From NCBI GenBank assembly GCA_012295275.1, contig CM022668.1:7936001-8000000 (forward strand): a stretch of 64,000 nucleotides of DNA. Reading direction: 5' to 3'. Below the pieces are notes generated by a model. That model saw only the letters and a list, made by a program, of their open reading frames with translations. It ran no database searches and was not told the DNA's origin. The number at the start of each line of letters is the position of its first letter. The stretch's first letter is position 1. Both the position numbers and the translations under genes were made by a program. Origin of the DNA: Chrysomallon squamiferum. Its lineage: Eukaryota > Animalia > Mollusca. Positions 14,538-27,792 of the stretch are shown here, piece by piece.

Positions 14538-14869
14538 CATTGCAGCTGTCTTCATCACAATCCCAAATTGAGTCGTTGGAGCTGATGCTGAAGAGCTCGG
14601 CTTTGCCGTCAGCGAAGTCATTGTAGAGCTTAATGCGCTGCGCCCACGTGACATCGGGCGCCTGCACCGTGTTCTTCAGACGTCGCCTCGCATTGGCGAA
14701 CCAGTTCGACACCTGCACCAACGACATGCGACTTCCGCTCGCCAGCGTCATCTTCTGAGACTTGGTGGGGTAGGGGTTGTCGCGGTGGCGGTACAGCCAG
14801 CGCTTCAGGGGTCGGGCCATGTCCTGCAGGACCTGTCGCTTCTGGTGAACCTTGTCCGGGACGATTTTT
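14538..14869 (-). CDS. Mkx: Mohawk homeobox, coding exon 2 (complete TALE homeodomain)
   Basis: Encodes KVHQKRQVLQDMARPLKRWLYRHRDNPYPTKSQKMTLASGSRMSLVQVSNWFANARRRLKNTVQAPDVTWAQRIKLYNDF. It has the TALE PYP loop, WFANARRR (Ala50, Irx/Mkx type), and the Mkx-diagnostic flanks QDMARPLK and WAxRIKLYN. Acceptor TTTCAG| at 14871-14870; donor G|GTAACT at 14537. Confidence 0.97.
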
Positions 14870-14945
14870 CTGAAACAGTGAAAGAAAGAAAGAATAAATA
14901 CCACAGTTATACAGCTGGAGTTATGTAGTGTGCTCATAATATTAA

Positions 14946-14993
<48 letters not shown>

Positions 14994-15214
14994 TTTGTAC
15001 TTTATTAACCGGAGATAATAGGCAGAGTGAAGGTTTTAATAAAATAAAATAAAAATAGTATTACCATTACTACTACTACCACCTTACTATAATTATTGTT
15101 TTTGTTAGTATTATTATTATTATTACTACTACTAGAGTACTACTACTACTACTACTACTATCTACTACTACTATTATTATTATTATTATTGTTATTATTA
15201 TTATTATTATTATT

Positions 15215-15301
15215 ATTGTTGTTGTTGTTGTTGTTTTATGGTCGTTACTACTGTTTCTATTATTGTTGTTGTTATGTTTCTGTTGGGTGTTGTTTACTAT
15301 A
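15215..15301 (+). repeat. Low-complexity dispersed repeat, direct partner at ~25601-25696
   Basis: Shared GTTTTATGGTCGTT.CTA.TGTTTCTATTATTGTT...GTTATGTTTCTGTTG..TGTTGTTTACTATA. Confidence 0.8.
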
Positions 15302-16378
15302 GTTGTTGTGTATAATATTAAACTCTTGTCTTTGTTCCGTTTCCGCTTGAGTGCATTTTACATTTGTGCATAGTAGGCAGTTCTGTTTGAAGTGACAGAA
15401 AAGCCGCAGTGAGCGAAAACGGAAGGAAACGCATTTAATTACATCACGTTTTATCAGTTGTCTTACGTAGAGGTCATATCACAAATAATACACAACAAAC
15501 ACACACACACATACATATATGTATTGTTTATTGTGTGCGTGTATGTGCGTGTATTTGTTTATATTATGTAGTTGTTTTACAACTTTGGACTCACCGAGTA
15601 TCTAGATATTCGCTCGATCTTTTAAAACATACAAATATTTAACATTGCCTAAGTTCAGTTAATTTCTAATCCATTTAAGCTAATTAATTTTTATATATTA
15701 AATTTCTGATAGTATGAATAGTTTGTTCTGTGGGTCCAGTAAAGCGTGCTTTACGTGATCATTATCATCACAAACTTAAGTATCATTATAATCACTGTTA
15801 TCGTCATAATTATTATAATCATCATCATCACCATGATCATTATTTTCTTAAGTAACATTTTTATCATTTCTAAAATCATCATCATAATCATCACAGTTAT
15901 GGCCATAATTACCAACATCGTCATCATCACTAACATCATCTTAAAATAAATATAATTCCAAGGTCATTGGATCCTATCACAACATCACACCCCTTCTTGA
16001 ACCCGCCCTTGAAATTTTGTTTGTGGTGAAAACCGTTTCGCTGTGAAACTGGCGTAAAGAGGTGGAAACACACACAACAAAATACTCACACACGAGTCAT
16101 AAAAACCATTCATAAACACACTTTTTAAAACTTCTTTCTTTGTCCTTCTTTTATGACAGCTTACGTCAACAACAAAACGCTTGTTTTTCTAACCCCAAAG
16201 TTATCCTGTTTGTTTTCCAGAGCGAACTGTTGTAACGTGTTGTGCTAATGTTTTCAACAGAAGGAAAAACAGAAAGAAAAAAACAGAAAAAGAAAAAAAT
16301 AAAGAAGAAGAAGAAAAGAAACAAGAAGAAGGAGAAAAGCAGGACAAAGTCACACTAGGAAAGGAAACTAATCAATTA

Positions 16379-16451
<73 letters not shown>

Positions 16452-17127
16452 GTTATTGTTTTTTAAATCATTATCACTATCGGTATTATTATAAACAAAT
16501 AAATAACCGACTTTTCGAAAGATTAAAACTGCGATAATACTTTGCGATTTACTATAACGATTTTTTTTTTTCATTACTGTAATCAGAAAATAACGATTTA
16601 TTTACTGACTTACTTATTCGTTCGTAACTTGAGATACGTATCAGTACAACGCACAAATATTACAATTATCTTCAACGTCAGCATTTTTCGTAAAAAATGA
16701 TTTTGTCAAGGCCATTCCTTTTTTTAATCTCCATTTTTTTCCCCTAACCTTTTCATTAACTTTATTTGGCTCTCAAGAAAGGTTACCTGAATCCAAATCA
16801 AAGATTAACTCGCGTCTCTGACGTTTCGCGCTAGAGGTCGCGTTCAGTAATACGTTTCAAAATGTCTGACCTTAAACGCATGGATGCATGTTAACAAAAC
16901 GTGGAGAAGAGGTATAATATACTGAAACACCTGTCACCTGCATTTCTGTCTTTCGTTAACGCTCTTCCCTTAACAGTTGGTTTGCAAATGTTCCTACGTT
17001 TTTTAGGAGAGATTTGGTGATAAATATAACAGTACATTAGAGAACGTTCGCCGTTATCTATTTATAGTGTGTGTGAAACTGTTCACCTCGTTTCTGTTTA
17101 TTTATTTATTGCGTTGTTATTTGTACA

Positions 17128-17209
<82 letters not shown>

Positions 17210-17829
17210 TTTCCTTCTGAACTCTATGAGTACTTTTAATGCTTTAAACAATTCATATTTATATTCTTTTTTTTTTTTTTTTTTTTAAATCAGTCTAAAC
17301 TATTATTCTTTCAACCTTTGTACCCAGCTACTGTTTCAACCTTCCCCAAGTACCCACACAGTACAAAAAAAAAAAAAAAAAAAAGTGAAGAAGAAAATAA
17401 TGAAAATTCGACGAGTGGGTGTTTGTCAAATTAAATGCGCAAAGCCCAAACGTGAGTCAGCGCTCGTTCAACAATGAAACAACCCTGACAACGTCGTCCC
17501 TCACCTCGCAGCGTGCGACGGCGACAGAGTATCAAGACGTGAGTGGGAATTAAAGGTGCGAGCACACATACGCGACCCGGCAGACGCTACGGAATTGGAT
17601 TAGAGGATTCTCGCTGTTTGCTTAGTTCACTATCGTATTTTCCTTCTTTGTTTAAGCGTGTTTGCCAAAGTCTTTGCGTTCAGGGGTTGACACATCGCTC
17701 AACAATGCCGGCGCTTTCAGTGTCATTTTTTTTTTTTTTAAATTTTTTTTTCACTGCGTCACATTTGCACTGTTGCTATGGCAACATGGCGTACGAGGTG
17801 ACTATATATATGTATACCAAAAAAAAAAA

Positions 17830-17860
<31 letters not shown>

Positions 17861-19059
17861 TGTGATCTGACTTTTTTTTGAGTCGGGATAAAACGAAAGA
17901 AAATAAATGAATCGTAATGAAGATCACTATCAAGTCGACTGTCTGTCTGTCCTTTTGTTCGTCTGTCTGCAATTATTAACATAAACAATAGTGATACATA
18001 CAGATACATTCTGTGTATTGAAATGTATATGTATATATATGTGTGTGTGTGTGTGTCTGTATATCTGTGTATCTATTTATTAATCCATCTGTTCTTCAAC
18101 ACTGTTTGTGTTTCTATTTGTATTTTGTCATATGATACTAGCTGCAGCAAAAACAACAGCTGCAACATCATCACCAACATACTACTACCAACCTCCTACC
18201 ACCTCAACATCGGTTATCAATAACAAAGTAACACTACTACAACTGTTACTTCGACTACAGTAACAACATTTTTTTTACACAAACTTTGTCTATGAAAAAC
18301 AAACATAATACTGGTGGAACAACAACAACAACGACAACGACGACAAAAATAAAATAAAATAAAATAAAATAAATAATAAAAATAAACAATAAAAAAACAT
18401 AAAATACGTAACTATAAATACAACCCGTCTATCTATTGTCATTACGGATGCTATGTAACAGAATCGATATAAAAGCTAATAAGAGCGAGCATGTGTCAGT
18501 TGATGACAAATGTCTGTTAATTCCCATACGTTTTAAACCAGTAATAACTAAATATTTTAACTCATTCAGTTTTATCAAATATTTAATATTAACAATGGAA
18601 AAACAGTCACACACGGGTAAAAGATAGCATCGGATGATATTTGCTGACATGCTGAAATATCTGGGTATGACTCACCCACCCATAACATTCACGCAACCCC
18701 CAGCTAGCGATCATCACGTGACGCCAAAGCATCCAATGAAATTCTAGACTTGCACGGACCTAAGGAAATAAATCCGCTAAATTTTTGTTCTCTTTATCTT
18801 TAAAGTCCGTTGAATAAATGTTGGCTACATTTAACGTCTGTTTCAAAGATTTGTTGCATTATTAAGAATCATCAGATAAATGCATATTTCCACTGAGGGT
18901 GCAAGCACATCAGTCTTGCCTCACAATGCAAGTTAGTGTTAGTATGTTAGTCAGAAAGAAATGAAGTTAGTCACTCAACCTATCAGACTGTTAGCTTATC
19001 CAGTGCATATTGTATTATTTATAATAATTTGTAGCTGTTCTATTTAATTACTATGTCCT

Positions 19060-19158
<99 letters not shown>

Positions 19159-20581
19159 GCCACACACACACACACACAATATATTTATATTAGCGTTGTA
19201 AACAAGAGCATCATAAAATGATTAACTTTTTCTTTACAGTTGTCATCCTTTTCTTCTTTTCCTTACTCATCATCATCATCATCTTGTTGTTGTTGTTGTT
19301 ATTAAAATCGCTGTGTTTATTAATGTATTTACATGATCTAATGTATCGCTTTGTTCTCACGCTGCTGTCTCACTGCGCATGCACACAGCTCGACTCGCAG
19401 TCTCCTCACTAATGGCGACTTTCCAAAGCCCGGTGCATCATGGGTGTGTCAACAAACCCGCATCCGGTTCGATAGAATTTGCACATCGGTTCCAAGCCCC
19501 AGACGTCGCCACTTCAAAAAGACCCACGAAACATGGCGAGGGAATAAAAATTTCGTATCTCGCTATAAAATGAACAAACAAGCAAACAGCAGAACAAACA
19601 TTCCTGCCATATCATCGCTGAAAGCATTTGCAGCTGCCAGTGCAGTCAGTCTTTATTAAATCTCAGAGGGTGTTTTCGCATAACGATACTAAATGTGTTG
19701 AACAGACTCAAACCGTGACGTCATAATTGGATCTGTGTTTGAACTATGGGTGTCACCACAAACCTTTTTCTTCTCTTTAACCCCTCTCGTCTTTTTCTTC
19801 GTGAAGCAAAAAGAGTTTTATTTTAATGACGCTGTCCTATCCATCCCCCCCCATACCCTGCTAGTCCAGTTCTGTACCAGCTCGAGTTTGGTGTAGGCGT
19901 CTCATCACGTGACCGTTACTGTTACAGTTATTCACGAACTGATATGAAAAGTTTATTAATAGAAAATGTACACGTCAAAATAACAGTTCTTTGCAAATTA
20001 AAGCGAGTAGATGCAGAAGTAGTATTACAAGCAAAAGTACTAACAGTAGTAGAAATATTTCTAACTAGCAGATGTAATATTATAGTAATAGTAAAAGTAT
20101 TACAAACAGTAATAGTAGTTGAAGAAAAAAGTATTACTAATAGTAGTAGTACTAGCAGATGTAATAGTACAGTAGTAGTAGTAGTAGTAACACTAGCAAT
20201 AAGCAGTACTAGTGTTGGTTACAGAAGTAGTAATAATGGTAGAGATAATTGTAGTAGTAGAAGAAATTAGTAGCAGCAGTAGCTGTTGAGGAGGTAGTAG
20301 TAGTAGTAGAAGTAGCTGTTGAGGTAGTAGTAGTAGTAACAAGTTTAACAGTAGAGACTGTACCAGTGACAGGGAGTAGTTAAAGGATACGCTAAAAGAA
20401 ATGTTCTGCGAGTAGAGTTAACACATCTGTTTATTCTCTCAGTGTGAGTCTCTGATTGCAGCTTAGTGACGAGACATTTACAGCAGGCTCCACTGCACCG
20501 AGCATCTCCGTCAAAACTCTGTTACTAGTGAATGCCAGAGAGCGTAATTTTAACATTAAACAGATCATACAATTATTTTCC

Positions 20582-20614
<33 letters not shown>

Positions 20615-21517
20615 TGTGTGTGTGTGTGTGTGTATAGTACTAGTAAAGTAGCAGCCGCAGCATCATTTATATATCAAACAGCATGGTGTGTGCTGTCCTG
20701 CAGAATCTGCTAAGCACAGAACACAAAAACATTATCATAGTAGTATTAGTATTAGTAGCAGTAGTAGAAATAATAGTAATAGAGGTAGTATTAGAAGTAG
20801 AAGTAGTAGTTACAGTAACAGTATTCTGGTAGTCTTTATAAGAATGGTTATAGTAGTCGTAATTACAGTGGTATAACAGGTGTTACTAATAAGTAGTAGT
20901 AGTAGTAGTAGGTAACAGCGATATTGGTACTAGCTGCAGGACTGGTTGTAGCAGCAATAGTAGTAGATGTAGTAGAATGGTAGTAATATTATATATCATA
21001 CCAACTAAAAAAAAAAAATGTTAATATCCACGGAAGGAAGCTAACCAATCGTAACAGATCTGGCACACACAGAACAGAACAACTGAATGTTGTCAGAACA
21101 CTAATAGCAGCTACTGAAACGAAGAGTACAGATAAACAAGTTTATAGAAACTAAATAAATAAAGAGCGAGATAAACAAAGACGGGTAATAAAGAGAAGAG
21201 AGATGTCTGGTCGTTACTCTGCTTGGACTTGGCACGGATCTTTCGTTAAAGAAACGCTTTGGGCAATTAAAGTTTATGTCAGTGTCTAGAGGCATTACTG
21301 CGCTAATAATGACAGTTGCCAAGCAACCAACGCTAATTGAGTTAACGTGCCAACTACTAGATTTACATGAGAATTACTCCTCGCGAATGACAGGTTGTAA
21401 GATCAATCCGCTTCAGTGGTCGGGTGTAAACTAAACCTTTTTTGTTTGTTCGTCTACTAAATTGTAGGTATCGGGTTCATTTCGCCTCGCGTTTTGAAGA
21501 GTTGTATCCTGTTTCAA

Positions 21518-21566
<49 letters not shown>

Positions 21567-22316
21567 TAAAAAAAAAAAGTAAATAAATAAAATAAAATAA
21601 TGTAACATATTTCTTTAAAGTTGTTATTTTATACAGAATAGACTTTATGTGACTTAAGAAAACAGTGATGATGTTGATGATATTGATGATAATAATATGA
21701 TAACACTGTTTGAAGGTGGTGATGACGAATGAAAATCACATGTCTACGACATGAAACTGGAACTCGTTGCCGCCGTCGTTGTTGGTTTTGCTGCAGGCTA
21801 CAATCTCGATAACAAGAACTGGACAAATCAAACAACTCCGCGATCGACGAACTCTGATGTGGTTAACCACCACGTCGTGGATGTCGTAACCTTTACGACA
21901 ACTTGCCACGTCAGCTACTTCATTCCTACGAACAAATCGAACGACCAGCCGTCGATAGATGGCGCTGATCAATAAGAAGCCCTCGAGCTGATAAACAATG
22001 CCATTTTGGAGGATTCATTCGGATCAATGGATTTCACCGATTCCACAGCATCTGACCTTTGAAACAAAATTCTCTGTACTTTTATCTTTGGTTGGGTCAA
22101 TGTTGAAATTCTTATAACCATGGTAACGAGATGATAAAATCCCTCGACCCTAAGAAAGAATCCGTCAAGACCACAGGACACAGAATTAATGATATTAATG
22201 ATCATGATGATAACGGTAAGGATGATCATCATTTAGATATGATAATTAAGCGTGTTGCAGATAATTTGTGGAAAATGCTACTAAAACAGGTGTTATAGCA
22301 TCATTTTAATTTGAAT

Positions 22317-22397
<81 letters not shown>

Positions 22398-22496
22398 CTT
22401 TCTTTATCTCTGTCTTTTCTCTCTCTCTCTCTCTGTGTGTCTGTATGTCTGTCTATCTCTCTCTCGCACTTTCTTTATCTCTGTCTTTCTCTTTCT

Positions 22497-22567
<71 letters not shown>

Positions 22568-23259
22568 CGGGTTCACTGACACTATGGAGACGTCACGCAG
22601 TTAGACACGTGTTTATGTACTTAACGGCTGCAGTCGATGGAGACTATTTCTTATCAGAAAAGCGGGCGACTCTGCTGGCGAAGAAAAACAAAATGACGTC
22701 CGCAGAATTCTATTTTAGCCTGTTTTTCTACAATAACACGGCAGATATAGAATTTAAGCTCTGATTTACTAAACAAAGCCACAGAAGATGTAGGTCTTGG
22801 TCTAGAATTACCTCCCCTAATTGACTGGCTCACAGCGGAGCAGACTGAAATATCAGTTACGCAATTACAACTCGCCGTTTATCGGATATTCAATTTTTAA
22901 TCACATTAACACATTATCTTTTTTTTTTCTTTTTTTAATGTTTTTTCTTTTATTTTTTTATAACCGTAATAAAAGTTAGAAAAATAAATTATATTCGTAT
23001 AAGGCATATTCATTTCAGAATAATAAATATTTACACATGTACACACCAATAATAATAATATGCTACAAATGGGGTCAATGAATTGCGTAACACGTATTAT
23101 CCAAATCCGATAACGACTATGCATTCTAAGCGTGTTAGTGAAATTCGCTTTGCACACGGTTTTCTAATAAACATGTACCATGCTTCGTGCCTATTCACAG
23201 CAACAGGTACAGGAGATACAAGTGATACACTGTAAATCTCATAGGGTTTAATACGAAGA

Positions 23260-23424
23260 AACACACACATACCCACACACAGACACACACACACATAGAC
23301 ACACACACAGACACACACAACACAGAGACACACAGAGACACACACACAGACACACACACATACATACACACACACAGACATACACATACAGACACACATA
23401 GACACACATACACACACACACACA

Positions 23425-23469
<45 letters not shown>

Positions 23470-23495
23470 ACACATACAGACACACATAGACACAC
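23260..23495. repeat. Compound (CA)n microsatellite
   Basis: Seen directly. Similar tracts lie at 9585-9790, 46442-46504 and 54730-55108. Confidence 0.95.
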
Positions 23496-23747
23496 ATGTA
23501 GGCTATACAGGGTGTTTTATTGTCGTTGTTGTTTCTACCAGTCAGTGTAAAATACAATATAACAGATTTGATGTGCTTTGTATATGTATTTAGCAAACAA
23601 ATATTGCCTCACACATTATCTTTCATTACAGGGAGTGAGAGGCTTTTCTAATATGCAAAAAAAAATAACTGCATTTTATATTTTTATCCGTAATATTTTT
23701 TATTACGTGTATTGACATTTAACTTTATAAACCAAATACACCCACAG

Positions 23748-23855
<108 letters not shown>

Positions 23856-24472
23856 CACAGAAATGCAATTACTAGTTTATAAAACAATCGTAAAATAAAC
23901 CGTATGACCTTTTCCACCAACACAAGAGAATTACCCAAGTTGAACAATCAAGTCAAAAAAACATTTCAAACTGGGTGGTCCGTCTAACTTTGAAGTTTTC
24001 CTTAACGTTGTGGTATTAAAGGCGGTTCATAATTTGACGTGTTTAATCTTTGTGCAGTTGTACGACGACGCAGATGTTAACACAATTTTACGTCTCCAAA
24101 CACCATAAAATTTCGCTTAGGGTTATTAGTGCGAAAATTAAAGAAGCACTTTCTGAAAGTTTGCTATAACGTTTGTTTTTCTCTATAATGTTATACTTAG
24201 ACTCGCTCATAGTTTAAAGATATACTTTACTTTTCAAAAAAAAATAAAAATATATATATATATAAATGAACTTGTGTGTTTTGAAATCATTCTTGTTACT
24301 TCACATTTAAAGACATAGCATCCATACTTTTATAATACTAGTATGTTGACAATCAAACAGTAGTAATTCAAAATAACATTTAAACTTAAAAGTCCCACCA
24401 TCTTCACTTTTATAATGACCTAAGGTATCGCTAAAAACACACGCTTTAAGTTGTTGGGTTTTTTTTAGTTAG

Positions 24473-24545
<73 letters not shown>

Positions 24546-25164
24546 TGAATTACCGAATTCAAAATAACTTTTAACAATGCAATAATTGATTGATTTTTTT
24601 TTTTTTTTTTACTCATTCCAAAAAAAGCCAACGTGCTGGTTGAAAAATTATTCATCAATTCCAGGGATGTTGTATTTTTTTCTCTCCTGATAACGTGTTT
24701 CGAGATAACCACTAACATTTACAGGCAGTTTAACATCTAAGTGCACATATTTAAATGATGTTTTCACACGGTGAGAAAAACGCGAAGCGCACTGAATCGA
24801 GTTTCATTTAACTACACGTCGGTGCATTCTGCCGGAGCCTGACATTCAATGTGTGGTAATCGGTCACAGACAGGAGAATTTCGAAATTTATTATTAATAG
24901 ATGAAATGAAAGTATTACATGCTTTACAGTATCACTGCACAGCTGTACACAGAGAGGTGCTTGTTGTTTGGAGATTAAAATCTGACGCGCTGTGGGTTGT
25001 CGGATCAATGCTCGACATGGTCTCATTGTCACTGCAGATACACAGTTCAGTTTTATCATTAAACCACAGGATTTGAGCGTGATAGGTCCCTGGTTCCATC
25101 CCCTTTAGTGAATCCATTCAAGCTTGTCCTACGGATGACACACACACATACATGCACACACAGA

Positions 25165-25201
<37 letters not shown>

Positions 25202-26001
25202 AGACACACATTTTTCAGTAGCCGTTTATTATCTGCTGTCTATGGAAATGTGCTTGTAAAAGACGTTTTGCTTCTAACATGTAACAGAGGGTTACTGAGT
25301 AATGACAGTGGTTTTCTTTAACAGTTAACAAACAAAAGCTTTATGGTAGAAATAGGATAACGTAACATTATATCATTTCTGTTTAAACAAATGTTTTGTT
25401 TTTATTTATTTGTTTTCTTTTATTATTTCGTGCCTGAAATAAAGTACTGATATTTTATATATAAATACATATACGCTTTATTGTTAAATAAAAAAAATTA
25501 CTTTTATTCGTTTACTTTATTGTAATTTATACTTAGGTACAAATAACATTTTAACTTAGGAACGAACTAATTAATGAACTTTTAAATATATTATTATTAT
25601 TATTGTTGTTGTTGTTGTTTTATGGTCGTTGCTATTGTTTCTATTATTGTTCTTATTATTGTTGTTGTTATGTTTCTGTTGTTGTTGTTTACTATAAGTG
25701 TGATTTTAAGTGTGATTTTAATAAATAAAATAAATGCACTCTTAAACCCTTTCTATTAAATATGATAATTTAATCTTCTGTAATTACATTCAACAGCCGG
25801 GCACTTGGTTACGACAGTCAACAATGACGCGTTACGTAAATGCATAAAGAAACTTAGGAACATTTATATTGTGACGTATGTGAAATGACAGGTATGACGT
25901 TAGTAAGTCAAGTGGTAAATAATGTATACAAAAACAAAGTCTCAGTATAATAAATTACTGTAGTTAAACCCCCTACCTATAGGTCTATTCTAAACCCAAA
26001 A

Positions 26002-26052
<51 letters not shown>

Positions 26053-26230
26053 AATTTATTTATATATTTATTTATTTTTATTCCACTTTCCACATCATGA
26101 AAGTTATGAACTATAAATTAATTTTGTAATAATAAGTAATTTTTATTTTATCAAATTAATTGAGATTGTACTATTTATTTTTCAAAGCTAGAAGAAGAGA
26201 AAACATTTTCATTCTAACACAGAAAAACAT

Positions 26231-26361
26231 CGGCCTTGTCCGATTTGGTCCACTCGCTACGTAACACTTCGGACTTGTCCGACTTAGTCGAATACCAGTT
26301 AATGATTATTTCCACTCGCTACGTAACGCACCGCACGTGTCCGGTCTAGCCTCTACGTAAC
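26231..26361. repeat. Short degenerate tandem repeat (CGG.CTTGTCCGA / CCACTCGCTACGTAAC modules)
   Basis: TCCACTCGCTACGTAAC occurs twice, CTACGTAAC three times and TGTCCG three times. Confidence 0.7.
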
Positions 26362-26986
26362 AGAGAGATAAAGACGGCTGAAAACGTGTCAGGCAAAGGT
26401 TAAGCGTATAAAACGTCTCTTTGAAAAGTCGTCCCGCTTCCTTGACTCTTCCACAGCGGCGCTGGGCTCTGACCACTTGTAACACATCTTAGTAACTGCT
26501 GACAGTGCACGCCACGCAGCTGTTCAGTTCACACGTCGCGTTCACACGCACACCGGCTCTACCTGCAGACCGTTTATTAACCCCGCGGCGATGCGCATGC
26601 GCACACAAAGCTGTCGGTAATTTTCAGGCCAAAGCAGGTGTCTTTTTACTATTACTATTGTTATCGGTTTGGGTGTTAGAAATCAAGAATAAAGAGGCGG
26701 GGAAGGGAGGGGGAGGGAGGGAGAGAGGGTGTGCCGTCAACTGATACTCGAGCGCCTTCTGCCGCCCATATATTTCTTAATTAAAATGTGACGCAGCAGT
26801 TTTGGGGTAATCAGTGTTTTTGTTATCATCATTTCAAAAGGTAGCCTTACACATAAATTACTGCTTTTGGAGAAAATGCTATATTATTATTACCTAATAA
26901 AACTGATTTATTTTGACTTTTCTTTTCTTTTTCTTATTTCAGTGCGCAAAGTATCTGCCACATATGTCATTACTTTAATACAAAAC

Positions 26987-27035
<49 letters not shown>

Positions 27036-27142
27036 TCAACAACAACAACGTTACCTGTAGGGGATTGAGAATACATTTTACGGAAGATATACTAGTCAAA
27101 ACCACTGTCTTAAATAGAAATATGAATGTGGATTATTATTTC

Positions 27143-27247
<105 letters not shown>

Positions 27248-27686
27248 CTGTTCACAGTGGAAGTCTATTAAGCGTGAAATCAATAACGATATCAAACATC
27301 GACCCGCAGTCACTGACACAAGCAACATTCTATAAATGGCTATTATAACTATATTTAGAATGTACGACCTTTTTATAACAGAAATAAAGAAATCTTTGCG
27401 TCATTATTCCGTTTCTCCTGAAAATAGATAGACGTTAATATACAAGTAGCCTTTTTCCATTAACTTTCTGTGTCATTATCCGTCTCAGCTGTCTGTGTTT
27501 GTCTCCTTATTTTGTACACTTTACACGACTTTATCTTCCAAACTTTCTTATTCTGTCTCTTCATCTTAAATTATCTTTATCGTGATTTCCCCATCTTTGT
27601 GTCGTGTCTGTCTTTCCCTCTCTGCATGTTTCCAGTTCTGTTTATCTAGATGACCCTCGTTCTTTTACATTTTTTTATTATCTCAG

Positions 27687-27792
<106 letters not shown>

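Noticed and set aside
14395-14937. 180-aa ORF as a single-exon homeobox gene
   Set aside because: Only 14538-14869 is exon. The flanks are polypyrimidine tract and TA/CA-repeat intron, bounded by clear splice sites.
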